From: Octopus bimaculoides
Taxonomy: Eukaryota
Reading direction: 5' to 3'
Assembly (NCBI RefSeq): GCF_001194135.2
Contig: NC_068984.1
Span: 130,409,576 to 130,473,575 of the forward strand
Length of the DNA: 64,000 nucleotides
The notes under the pieces are model-generated. The model was not told where the DNA came from, searched no databases, and saw only the letters and a list, made by a program, of their open reading frames with translations. A program made the translations under genes and the position numbers. This document shows positions 13,503 to 26,344 of this stretch, in pieces. Each line of letters opens with the position of its first letter. Position 1 is the stretch's first letter.

Positions 13503-14664
13503 GTGAAAATTTTTTTTTATTTATTTTTTTTTTGCTGAGTGCCTTTAGAATTATTAAGGGTATTGGGTGCATTTCAATACACCAGCTCCTCTTGATCCTA
13601 GTTAGATGCTCCATGTTCTATTCTAGAGCTTCTAGCTTTCACATACAGCAACATATTTTTAAGAGTTCAGAAAAATATATAGGAAATGTGTGTGTGCGTG
13701 TGCGCAAGTGTGAAGCCTAGAGCAAGAAAAGGTAACTATTCAGGTATTCTTCACTTTCCATTATCCCATTAAAATTTTACACATAGCTATTGAGAATTAA
13801 CTACTTTTAAAGAAAAATTATCATCATAGAAATTTGGATCCTGTTTCCCAAAATTGAGGGTACCATTATTGTTTACACTCATGTCTGTAAGGATGATGCA
13901 TTTGTGAATTTTGGTGAACTTCAATTACAATATAATTTTGTTTAAATTTCTTTCTTTATTTTACTTGCTTGATATATTCTGTTCTCCAGTAAAATCTTTC
14001 AGATATCTAAATATATCAAAGGGATGGGTTTGGGGAACAAAACTTTTATTTGTTTTTCTTTATCAATTATCTTAGTAATAGCTTTAACACTTTAGTGTAC
14101 CAATACAGAACATGCCAATCTGACTTTGTTTTACTGATATTTATATTGTGTACACAGTTGTGTTAGAACTGACATATTATCTCTGTCTAAATAGACTTGT
14201 GGGTTTTTCATATTATGTTGGCACTCCTCTACCCTGTTTTCATCATTTTGCAATGTTTGTGTCATCTGTATGCTTGTTATGGAGGTGGAGAAATGTTTTG
14301 TGACATTTTAGTTTGCTGAAATTCTTATGTTTCTGTTCGTATAAATGTTTCCACTTACAAATGCTTACAATTGCAACTAAACAGTAAATAGTACTGTTCA
14401 TACAGTACACCTAGTACATTGCCCATGCATTATAAATGCAGGTACACACAACACATGCACGCACACACACGCGCACACACACACACACACACACACGTGT
14501 ATAAATATTCAAAAGGGAGTTAAAACGTGTATTTTATAGATACATGCTACCCATATACACATTGAATATATTGCCAACAGTACTACAACCACCACACTCC
14601 ATAACCTTGTTCTGCTATACACACACACATGCATACTTATTGTTATAAAAATAATCTTTTTCAG

Positions 14665-14726
14665 AGAGATTAGCTCATCTAAACGCTATGCGAATGCACA
14701 GGTGTACAATAGCAGGATGTGGTAAG
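14665..14726 (+). CDS. MTA1: MTA1-like exon (E)RLAHLNAMRMHRCTIAGCGK: first half of a C2H2 finger
   Basis: ctttttcag acceptor, GTAAGT donor at 14727, phase 1-0; joins the next exon into a complete C2H2 pattern. Confidence 0.9.
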
Positions 14727-14850
14727 GTAAGTGTTTCGCGTTTAGAAAGTTCATTCTAAACTGTGTAATAATCAGAATTCTATAAACTTTGCATTGTAGT
14801 CCCTTATACTTACAATATCTGACCCTTTTTTTTTCCTCTTCTCTACAAAG

Positions 14851-15076
14851 GAATTCAAACTAAAACCTCATCTTGCTAGACATCTTGCAACAGCCCATGG
14901 TCTCGCCATTCGTGCAGGCAGTCCTCGGCCAATGATGAAAACTCGAGCAGCATTCTGTCTTATTACCACACCTCTAACAAGAATCTCTAGGAGATTATGC
15001 AAAGATATACTTCGACCAAGACATGCAGCTCGGTGTCCTTTTGTTCCCATTAATATTGCAGCGATAAAGCAAGAAT
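14851..15076 (+). CDS. MTA1: MTA1-like exon EFKLKPHLARHLATAH...MMKTRAAFCLITTPLTRISRRLCKDILRPRHAARCPFVPINIAAIKQE (R1 region)
   Basis: ctctacaaag acceptor, GTGAGT donor at 15077, 226 nt phase 0-1; matches the MTA R1 consensus (TRxAF...RRLC..IL.P.HAAR.P..PIN..AIK.EC). Confidence 0.96.
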
Positions 15077-15596
15077 GTGAGTATCATCTAAACTTTAGTT
15101 TGTCTTTTACAGTAACTAATCAGAAATAAAATGATTCCAGTCAACTTTTACTATAGTAATACTGAAATATTCAATATACTTTTCTCATTGCTATGCAATG
15201 AATGGCAGTTGTATCATGGAGGTGAAATCCTTTTAGAACTGATGACTGCTATCATTAGCTTACACAGGAGATTTCCTTCTCTGTTTAATCACTACAGTCA
15301 ACATACTTCAAATGATATCTTTATTTTTTTTCATTAGTAATATGATTTACATTGAAATTATGTGAATCCCAATCCAGGATGGGATAATTTAGTTATATTT
15401 GTCATATAATCACTCTTGTAATAACTCTCTCAGTTGATTAACAGTCATAAGATCTGCATGAACCTGATCAGAATGTGACCAATACAAGTCATAGGTTCTT
15501 ATTTAATCAGAGAGAAAATAAAGCTGTCAAGCAGAAACTGATTATCCACATATTCAATGAAATGTAAAATTCTTTAATTTTGCTTAAATATTACTC

Positions 15597-15760
15597 TCTG
15601 AGTGGTTGGCGTTAGGAAGGGCATCCAGCTGTAGAAACTCTGCCAAATTTAGATTGGAGCCTGGTGTTGCCATCCGGTCTCACCAGTCCTCAGTCAAATC
15701 GTCCAACCCATGCTAGCATGGAAAGCGGACGTTAAACGACGATGATGATCATGATGATTA
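15597..15760 (+). mobile_element. RTE-type retroelement 3' tail ending ccatgctagcatggaaagcggacgttaaacgac(gat)n
   Basis: The same tail recurs at about 10310-10385 and 27350-27425; GAT-repeat tail. Confidence 0.75.
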
Positions 15761-15964
15761 CTCTAAAAAAATAGCCAATTTTCAGCTGCAATGAATAAGA
15801 TAATTCTAGTGTGGAAGCTTAGTGCACATTATTGAATTTTCACTTGTATTTGAGTGGATATAAAACAAGTGCACCATGAAGGTAGACTCTCCTGTTGTCT
15901 GTAATTTCTTGCTGAGCAACCTGCACAAATGATTTGTTCATAGTGATCAGAAAGTGTTTGCTGT

Positions 15965-16135
15965 GCATCAACTCATTCACTCCATATAATCAACATTGCC
16001 TGTACAGGTGCATGGTGTGCCTCACGTCAGATGACAAAGTGATCGCAGAGTAACATGAAATGAAGTGTTTTGCTCAAGGACACAACAGACCATTTAGTCT
16101 GGGAATCAAAACCGGGTTCTTGCTATCATGAGTAT
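15965..16135 (-). mobile_element. tRNA-derived SINE fragment (family C), reverse
   Basis: aagtgttttgctcaaggacacaac is the reverse of the gtgttcttgagcaaaacactt core seen in + copies at 51530 and 61745. Confidence 0.6.
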
Positions 16136-16446
16136 GATACTAAAAACATATAAAAATAGCATGAAACACTGGAATTCATCAAGATCTTTGAAAAAATTCA
16201 CACTCCACCAGTGAAAAAGAGTCTCCGATATTAATTAAGCTGAATTTACTAATCACCCAACAGTAAATGCAAAAACTGGAAATGAAGTAAATTAGAAAAT
16301 AAAATATATCAAGAAATATAATTTTATACAAAAATTGTTTCTTTCATGGAAAGGTGTAAAATATATCATATTCTATATAATGCAATCTTAGAGAATGGAA
16401 GGTCTGTTTCAACTGGCTGTTGGCTGAGAGTATTAGTGTTTGTTTA

Positions 16447-16497
<51 letters not shown>

Positions 16498-19400
16498 ATA
16501 TTTATTTTGAGATGTACTCGCATAGCAAGTGACTTGATTTGAGATCGTGTGCTGAAAGAAAAATGATTGCAGCATGGAAGGTGTTTATAAGCCATTTATA
16601 AACACACAAAAACCGTTAGATTCACTTCAACATTTAGATTTAATTTGCCAAAATATTTTTGTCACTTTGAAACCGTGATCTGTTTGCTGACGAAATTCCA
16701 TGCTGCATCTCTTGGTTTATATATATAATTATTCCTCTTGTAGATTTTTGTGATGTTTCATTTTTTGTTTTTTACATCCCTGATCCTATTTCTTCCCCTC
16801 TTCCAAATTGATATTTACTATTGACCATGCCTCCACCCATGTTCACCATTGACTGCATTCACCTCTATCCCCATCTCTATCTATCACCTAACTCTTCTTT
16901 CACTCTGTCCAATCTTTTGGACCACTTATATTCACCTTCCTGTAACTTGAGAGTATGCCCTGACACCCCCTCTTCACCGGGTCTTGTCTTGCAAGTTACT
17001 TCGGACAAGTTGCTTGTGCCTTGTAAAAAGCACTATGTGAAGCAGTGAAATCATGACAGAGCAGACATTGGAAGTTGGTGCAATCCTCTGGGTTATTGAC
17101 TCCTGTTGACCTGTCCAATCCATGCCAGTTTGTAAGGAAGACATTAAACAATTGCATTGCAACATCTACTCAGAACTGCAGCAGTTACAAACATTTCATG
17201 ATTTGTTATATTGTAAAACACATCGACAATACTCTTTATTATATACCAAATCGGGTCACCACTACTTATTAGGGCTACCATCTGCGTAATAGCTCAGCTG
17301 ATTCTGTTTGATCTATCCCATCAATTTTACTGTTTCAACTGAAGTGTACAAATGGTGAACCATTTCCATTCACACATGAGCACACATCGATAAGTGAATT
17401 TGCTTCTTGTCTCTAGATAACCAGCAAATTTCCTTTTGTACTGTTGAATTATTTAACTCCTTCTTAATTTTGTTTCTGATTTATATCCAATGGCAACTCT
17501 TTCTGTAAGTTTGACCAAACTGAAATACTGGTTAAAAGTATTTGAATAGCAAAGAGGCGATAATTTCCAGATCATATCTTGCCCTGTGGGCATATTGTCT
17601 TGCACCCCTCTCTCTCTGTATGAAAATAACCGACAACATTACTCAGTAATCACACTTTTTATACCTCATTTTGTTTTTTTTCACTGACTTATAATAAGGC
17701 TTAAATATTTTTTGCACTATGTCCAAGAACAATCTTATTTAGATAATGGCATTTCATTTTCTTCTTGTGCCATCATATTGTTGGTGTTTCATATAGGAAA
17801 ACTCAGACAGAACTTAAAAATTTAGTATTTGGGCCATAATTCTGGAAATGGGTGTGATTCTAGTATTTTCCTAAAACCCATTCTTTTTAAGGTGAAAAAT
17901 GTCCGAATTTTGTCCAGCTATTCAATATACTTTTCTCATTACTATGCAATGAATGGCAGTTGTTTCATGGAGTCCATAATTTGTTCTGAAATTCCTTTGT
18001 ATATTTTCTGCGTATATTTGTTATATCTGGAGCACTTTAATTGGGATAAACAAAATGAAATAGCCACTGCTTTCTATGTCATTGGGAGAAATGTTTGGTC
18101 TGGACTTTTCAAAAAAAAAAAATTATATATTAGTTGTAACTCTAGATTGTTTCTTTCTGTTGCTACCTTTTAAACAGTTATGCTTGTTAGACTTTTCACT
18201 TGCTACAACTACTGAATCTGAAGGGGTATCTATATTTTTATATATGCATATGCAAATCCAAGCAGTTTCAGGTGATTTGGTTAGCATACAACCTTCCCTA
18301 GAAAAGCTAACATAAAAAGATACCCTCTTCACCTTTTCTCTACAAAACCTTGCTAAACAATTTCCCAATCATTCATCTTAAAAAGTGTAACCCTGTGGTA
18401 TTTTCTCTTAAAATCTACAGATCTAATTTATTAAAAGAATATTAATGCTATATAACTTCAATTTTGGTAAAATGGATATAAAAGTGACTTTACCCTTTTA
18501 TCTCAATGTCTAATCTTTTGCTCAGAAATTATAAGGATTATCTACATTATTAATTTCATTTCATTTGCTTGTTGCATAGTTTTCTTCATTGTTTTAACAT
18601 CATTACCATTGAAAATATCAATAGTAACATGTTTAGTTTTTTTCTTCTTTTTAAAATTAAGCAAGAACTGCAATAACTTCCACTTTCAACATGTGGTCTT
18701 TAGTGGTTACCTTTTGGAAACCTGTAACTTAACAGGATTTTTTGAAACTAACATTTAAATACTCATCAAAGGGTCTTGATGTCAGTTGTAAAATTGTTTC
18801 ATTGAAATAAAATATTTTAAAAGAAAATATTTGTGATAAGTTCATATATAGATCCCTAAACTTACACATGAATTAAGAGGCAGATATTTAAATACTGGTT
18901 GCCTGGTCTACTACTCAACTGCAGAGTAGCATCAGTTTTTAATTAGAATTTTGAGACTGAAAGTGCACATTTTAAGCATGCATCTTCGTAGATAATACTC
19001 CAGTCCTCTTTTACTTTTCAAGTAAGCTTCTTTTATTTCACTTAATCAAAAATCAGCATTCTTTTCATTAAGATATTTGAAGGTTTTATATAGTAGTGAG
19101 GGTACTAGATTGGTGAGAGGGGTGGGGGGAATGAGGTTTTTACATCAACTTTAAAGAAATCGAAATCGAACCGAATTCAACAACTGGCACCCATGCCAAC
19201 CTCTCCTTCATTGGACACCAAACTCTGCATGCTAAGACCTGTTGGGGCAAGTGAAATCGAAATCTTAATTGAACCATATTCGATGACTGGCACCTGTGCC
19301 AGTGGAGCACTAACAGAATGACAGCAGTTGTATATGATCAATTTTTTGTCACAGTGTTAGGACATCCAGCCGTAAAATCCTTGCCAAAATACTTCCTGAA

Positions 19401-21766
19401 TGAGGTTCTACATCACTGGATGTTTAAAATTGCACCTCCTTAAAAACCAATAATTAAACCTTTTATATCATGAAATACAAATGTATCAACACTGCAATGA
19501 GAGGTTTTTATTGGTACAACAATGATTGTAGTGTATCAAGTGTATTCACAGACATTGGTCTAGAAACAGCACAAGAAGACCCCTTGTAGAACTCACTGTT
19601 TCTCACAAAGTATGACCAATACTGGAAATAGACAAGGCAACTGATGGAAAATTTCCATAACACACTTGCACTAAGTCAGAGTTTGGTCTTCAGTTGTTGT
19701 TGACTTCATGTTTTCTTTTCTGACCTATTTCCAGCTATGTTTTCATCACACCGTCATTGATTTTTTTTAATCCCCTCCCTCTCATTCAAACACATATGTA
19801 TTCTGCACATATACAAATATTCAGTCATACTCCTCCCCCCTCACACACTTATATGGGTGGAGTGTATTGATTGACTTCCTGATTCTACCAAACTAAAAAT
19901 AGCAAGGTCTAAAGAATGACTTCTCTGATTTTTTATTTTTATTTTTATTATCTCATTTGTAGATATATATTTATGGGAGATGATTACAGATCAGTTTCTC
20001 TGACCGGCCAGAGGATTTTGTGACTGGCTAACACAATTTCACATAGTTTCTTTATTGCTGTGGTTTTTATATTTTGTGACAACTGGGCTGTTTGGGCTGG
20101 GCAAGGTTAACTCAGTGATAATTTTTCAGCTTGACCTACAATCAGTGTTTTATTGTTAGTATTGTACAGCACATAACATTACAACCAGCATTGTACCTCC
20201 AAATTAAATTGCTGAAAAGTTCAGTCTTGTACACTCTGGTTTATAAAAACTAAAAGACGGGGTGTACTGCTATCTAGTGCATATAATATGTATGTATATA
20301 TATATACACACATACACAGACATACACTAGGTCATGGTAGGTTTATTTCTTTGAATTGTTGAATTTTGTGTTTATATTTGTTACTTGATACTAAGCTACA
20401 TTATTGCAATAATGTTTTCACTTATCTGAAAATATTAGATATTAACAATTGTTTGTTGGAAATGTAGAACATGTTTTTTTCTGAATTAAGTTACTTTTAA
20501 GCTGTGGCTGTCTCTCATGCAATAGTGCCAGCCTACCAACCAATTTTTAGAACCCATCTCTATATGTACTGTTGTATCTATAGCCGAGATACTCTCAAGT
20601 GACCCTGATCACCTGACTAATTGTGCACCAGCGTATAATCCAGTTCACCATCATATCTAATAGTAGCAGTTTGTGAATTTTGTGTTAGATTCAAGTCTTC
20701 TTTCAAGCATTCCCAAGGGATTTTATGCTATATGCAATATTGCTCTTTATACCCCACAGGAAGAAAGTCTTCAGTTGAGACCTCTCGAACCCAGTATGTC
20801 ATGGCAGCCCAAGTTGTTAGATAGGTTACAAAATTTGTGTTTTCATCCAGTCATTCATATGGGTGCATAGTTTAAATTACCTGGGACAATTATTGATTAC
20901 AGTTATTTTATGTGAATAGTTACTTTCACTTCACGTTTCATCTAACATGAAGTATAGAAACTTGCAAAAAAAAGCAAGACTTTTTTGATCCTTAAAATCT
21001 TATGCTTTTCATCTCTAATATAATGGAAATGATGACAAATGTTCAATTTTTTTATCACCTTGAATCTCTTTACTTTCTCGGTGATAATCAGTTTATACTC
21101 AGTCGCCAGAAACCAATTGTCTTTTACCTGCCCCTGAGTTCTAGTCAGCTCATTGTAACCTGTATTGTCAGTGCACTCTTTAATTGACTGTGTCAACTTA
21201 TATGTATTTGGGGGCTTAGCTATCTTTCTTGCCACTATCTGCATGTCTTCCTTCAAGAGTACACAAGACTGTACTCTTTATTGTTTTGACATATTTCATT
21301 CCAGTTAGTACTCATAGAAACTAATAATCTAAAGTGGAAGAAAAGATTTTCATTTTGCTTCAGCTGTTCACCCATTGTCAAGTTATACCTAATATAACAT
21401 ATTGGCAATTTGCTTTTTGAACTCACTGACTGTATATTACAACCTTTGCTCCTTCACATCTCTCTCAAACTACCACACTGTACTTTTCCCAGTACATTCT
21501 CCATCAACCATCAACAATTTACACGAAGCATTTAATCAAATACACATTTAATCAAATACATTTAATCAAATCTGCTTTCTCTATTACCATACTGCCCTAG
21601 AATCTTGTGTGTATCACTCTTATGTCTAACACTTTATACATTTCCATGCTTGCAATTCACTTACAAAGATATTATTTTTATTAATGCACTGCAGTATTTG
21701 TACTCTTTTGGAATATACAATTGTACAGTGTTTGTTATCTGTTAAAACAATAATCTTCTATTGTAG

Positions 21767-21856
21767 CTGCCGGATTACCAATATTTCAAGATGGTTCTCA
21801 AGGACACCTCATTGATGCATTGACAGCTTCCACTGAAAAACGCACTGACAATAATG
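21767..21856 (+). CDS. MTA1: Candidate MTA1 cassette exon (S)AGLPIFQDGSQGHLIDALTASTEKRTDNN
   Basis: taatcttctattgtag acceptor, G|GTAAAT donor, 90 nt symmetric phase 1-1, open in the required frame. No homology recognised. Confidence 0.55.
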
Positions 21857-23145
21857 GTAAATTTTTCCTCTTTTATAAGTTCTTTTTTATGATTATAAAG
21901 TATTTGCCGACAGCAGTTGGGAACTTCCACCAACATTTTCTGGTGCAGAACATTTTTGCAGCTTTTGTATTTGCTGTAGAAATCTGCTGAAATGTAAATA
22001 TTTACATCTACTGTACGTTGCTCATAATTTATTGAAAGACAAATTTCTAGCTATTCTGTCTCATTCTATGAGCAATGGATTGAAGATCAGTAGATGATTG
22101 CATATAGTTGTGCTCCTTATTAAAAGATTTACTGTCTTGATAAAGTGCCTCCCCATTAAATAGTAGTAACTGTAAATTGAATAAATTTCTGCAGAAATAT
22201 ACATATGTTAAAAAGAAAAAAAGAGAAAAAAAAAAGTAATCCTTGCATGAAAATAATGTTATTGATTTTATTGTAAGAAGTGGTGTAGTTTTACACAGAA
22301 TACAAAATTGGTGTATCCACTTTATCTATCTCAGTATTGGGAAGGCCATATTAAAAAACTATTTACAAAGAAAAACCAGCTGACCTTTTTTTTTTTTAAA
22401 TATATTTTCTAAAACAAGCAAAAAATAAAGAAAGAAAAAACTTCTTTGTTGTTTCTTGTTCAATTGAGCAACAGTGATTTAAATGTTTGTATTTTATTGA
22501 AAAAAAATTGAAACTGTTTTTCTCACTGGGGATCACAGATCCTGCAAGGAATGGCCAATTATTTGGTCAAGATTTTTACATTGTCACGAAACACCTAACA
22601 ATGAACTGGTGCTTTTCTATTTTGACCAATTGTTAAACTGCCAGCATGCTAACCAAAGCTACTCTGCTTAAATAATGTTGTCTTGCTGCAACTTGTGTGC
22701 AGTAGTAATAAACCCCGGAGTCAGCAAGTTGTGCGTTCTGCAGGATTTCACCAGGTGAAGTTTTCCTCATTCATGCCTTCTTCAATGCTACTATTCTCTC
22801 AAGCAGTTGTTAGTATTTCTTATTTGCCTTGTGGTTCTTTCGACTTCCCTATTCTCACTGATCTTCCTTCTGATAGTACATAGTACAGATTCTATCATCA
22901 CTGAAGAAATGGGCTCTGTTTCAATGTTTCTTGGCAACCTAGGTCTTCATTGTCTCCCACACAGTCACCCAAAATATTAGAGAAATGAACCCCCCAAATT
23001 GGAAGTTTAGGACTAGTGTTTTCTAATCTATTTACAAACTTTCCTCCACCACTACGTTTGCATGAATCCTAGATGAATAATATGATTTAATATTACACCT
23101 AATTTTCAGCTTAGTTTGTACTGATGAATAATTATTTGTTTATAG

Positions 23146-23358
23146 GTCAGTTGCGGTTAACAGAAGGTGGCAGCAACCGACTATCTATGAACATCAAAGC
23201 AAAAACCCCTGCAACTTTAGAGTCCATTGTCTCTCGTCTTGGAATAGATATAAAAATGGAAAAACCTTCTATGTTCTGCAGACCAGAAGGTGATCAAAGA
23301 AAGCAACCACAGAGGTTATCTTTCCCACCAGTCTCTTCACCTATGACACGCTTACCAG
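23146..23358 (+). CDS. MTA1: MTA1-like exon (C)QLRLTEGGSNRLSMNIKAKTPATLESIVSRLG...PPVSSPMTRLP
   Basis: tttatag acceptor, GTGAGA donor at 23359, 213 nt phase 1-1. T+GT completes the conserved KQE-C when joined to 15076. Confidence 0.88.
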
Positions 23359-24378
23359 GTGAGAAACTTTTTGTGTCTATTGTGAGGATTGTCCATCACC
23401 AATGGAACTATACAAGTTTGCTCTTGTTTCACTTTGCGCACATGTCTGGTTGACTCCAAAATTTGCTGAATTGTTCCTGATGTAGACACAGTTTTCCCTC
23501 CCCAAAGAAACTAGAATGTCTTTTTCACTGGCATGTCAAGTCTAGCACTTCACCAGTTTAAGCATTAATAATGATTTCCAATAAAGATCCTGTGGTTGCT
23601 TGCTTAAAATGATATTTAAAAAAATTAAAGAAACACAATTTAAAAAAAAAAAAAACATGGATGAATTTTCAAAAAAAAAAAAGTAAAGAAAAAAGCAACT
23701 AGTAACTATTTTATCATAGGACCATGTTAGGGTGGGCTAACCAGATTATTTTGATTTTCCATTAACTAGTATTTATATTTAGCTATAACCCCTATCTGTG
23801 CACTCCTTCCCTTTAGTTTCATACTTTTGTCTCATCACTTAGAGGGTTTCACTTATCAACTCAATATAATTTGACTTCTCAGTTTTTAATTAAACATTTG
23901 TCAGCATCTGCCACTAATGTTACTGTTTACCCTGTTTTTTCTTTGTTGTTTTTGAAGCTGGTTTAATGGTCACTGTAATTTATCAAGCTCCTTAATTAAA
24001 GTATATTAAAGTATATTTCTTTAATGAGACTCATTGCTGTCCAAAAGCATTTTTGTTCTAGATGTCATTTGGTATCTAAGGAACAAGCTATTTTTGTGAC
24101 TGCAGTAGAACATATATTACTATTTATTGCAAAATGTTTGCCTTCTGCCTTGAACAGTGCAAACTAAATATTGCATATGGAAATACTCTTTCCTTCTCAT
24201 ATTGGAATTAGGTACCTGTTTCCATAATTGTGTATTTGTGTGTGTATCTCTGCACTTGATGTTTCATATTTGTCAAACCTGTCTATAGAGTGATGCTTTC
24301 TTATTCTTACAAATATAAAGGTATATTTTTGTGTGTTGTAGTTGAATCTCTTACTCATCTCCTCTTTTTCTCTTTTCC

Positions 24379-24383
<5 letters not shown>

Positions 24384-24430
<47 letters not shown>
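24384..24430. repeat. (CT)n microsatellite
   Basis: Direct reading. Confidence 0.95.
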
Positions 24431-24436
<6 letters not shown>

Positions 24437-24786
24437 TCATTGATATTTCAATGAAGTCTTAAGGCTTAGTGAATATTTTGCTTAGAATCTTGTCTTCTGA
24501 ATTGTAACAGAACAAAGGCATGTAGTTGAGCAGCTCTGTCCTGTGACATTCTGAAGCAAGTACATAATTGTCTGCTTGTGGTGTGACAACCTAATAAAAT
24601 GTAATCAACTTCATATGGGACTTTAATCAATGTGTAGCCCTGTCGCATGTATCATCTTGTTATTGCCTCACCAGACTCTTAAATGTGTTTGCTCTGATAA
24701 AGTTTTAAGCCTCAATAAATATCTTTGTTGTCTGTATAGTATAAAGTGTAAAAAGTTCACACGTTCTAATACTTCTCTGCTTCCAG

Positions 24787-24879
24787 AACCGAAGATGGAA
24801 CCTATAGTCCCGCGAGTCTCAACAAGTCAGCCTTCCATTATGAAGAAGAGAGGATATGAACAAAGCAATGGTTTGGATG
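24787..24879 (+). CDS. MTA1: MTA1-like exon (E)PKMEPIVPRVSTSQPSIMKKRGYEQSNGLD
   Basis: ttccag acceptor, GTGAGT donor at 24880, 93 nt phase 1-1; KRGYEQSNGLDG resembles vertebrate KRSYEQHNGVDG. Confidence 0.92.
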
Positions 24880-25923
24880 GTGAGTAAACTACTTGATCAC
24901 CTCACTACAGAGATAAGAGATATTTCTATTTTTAATTAGTATTCAAAAGTGTACTCCATCTTTCTCCACCTTGTTTTTTTTTTTTGTTTTTTTTTCTTTT
25001 ATCGCTATGGAATGATCCAGTAAAATTGTTTAAACTCTGACTTCAAGTGTTTTAATTTGCAGAAATTTGTGAAAATTTTTCCCTAGTTTAATTTTTCACA
25101 TATTTAAATGGGCCCAAAATTGCTTGTTGATGTTAATTTGCAATTAGAATTTTTAAAACAATATAGTGAATAAAACTCACCAAACATTTTAAACCATAGT
25201 TTCCCATTCTTGTAAAAACAGAACTGTAAATATAAATCTCTAAATTAAAACAAACAACTTAAGAAATGGAGAGAAAAAGATAATACAAAACTAAAACCAT
25301 AGGCATCTAAAAAAAAGCACATGTATTTTTTTAAAGATGGTGTCATTTTATCGTTTTTGTATATGATGTATCCTTGTTTATGAACCATTGTTTTGCATGA
25401 GTATAATCATTGTTTTTGGTTTCCAAACATTTGTATTGTTGGTTATTTGCTATACTTTGCATATGAACTAAAGGTTTAACAAAACCAAATCTGTTAATTT
25501 GTAAACATTACCTATTCCCTTTGCATGTTCTTTTATTTTACAACATTTCTCCTATTTAAGCAATGGAATGAACCACCACGCCTGTTACAAATTCAATTAT
25601 TACTAAAAGATAATGGTTTGTTGCATTGGTTATGAAGTCCAAGATTTGTAGAGGGTGGAAATGCAAGGCTATGGCAATCATTTGTTTTTAGGCAGTGTAG
25701 TTAGCGGTTAATTAACTCTGGTTGTGAACTGGTCTTGTCAACAAATTAGTGCTACTTCATAGTAGCCAGCAATAACAAACAACAGCATTACTAGTGGTGA
25801 TAGTGATATCACTATGTATAAATAAGTTGTAAAGTCCATACATTGGTTCCTGTGTTGGTGTGCAAATGTATTTACAACAGGAATTCAGGTGGAAGTTGTT
25901 AGATTCAACTTACAAGAGTAGTG

Positions 25924-26344
25924 TACGATACAAACAAGGTATTTTTTCAAATGTAATAATGCTGTTAGAACAGCAGAAATAATGGGTGAATTACCCATAC
26001 CAGGTTTAAAAAGTTGTCAACAAACAGTCATGGGACTTGAACCCGCACCTCCCAAGACTCCAGCTGAGTGCTTTACCGTTAAGCTAAACTGCCTGCAGAC
26101 ATATTCATCTGCCGATTTAGACACTAAATAGCTTATTGAACAACATGACATGGCTGTTCAATAAGTTATTTAGCATCTAAATTGGTGGATGATTGTCAGC
26201 GGACAGTTTAGCTTAGCGATAAAGCACTCAGCTGGAGGCTTGGGAGATGTGGGTTCAAGTCCCATGACTGTTTGTTGACGACAACTTTCTCCACCTTGTA
26301 AGAGTAATTCACCCATTATTTCTGCTTACCATCTTGTTTGTATC
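25924..26344. mobile_element. Foldback element with two divergent tRNA-like units, 12-bp terminal inverted repeats and a 15-bp flanking direct repeat
   Basis: Arms 25973-26147 and 26149-26325; TIR gatacaaacaag 25927-25938 / cttgtttgtatc 26333-26344; cttacaagagtagtg at 25909-25923 and 26344-26358. Confidence 0.85.

Noticed and set aside
16568-16695. CTGACGA next to a 12-bp inverted repeat as a second hammerhead
   Set aside because: No correctly placed GAAA box or cleavage triplet in any permutation I could build.
19962-20022. Possible phase-1 exon YIFMGDDYRSVSLTGQRIL*
   Set aside because: Short frame ending in a stop with no supporting signal; expected by chance in a long intron.
26025-26262. 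Functional tRNA-Ser(GGA) genes in the foldback arms
   Set aside because: Short variable loop, mismatched anticodon stem and a GGA anticodon are not typical of eukaryotic tRNA-Ser; treated as tRNA-derived repeat heads.
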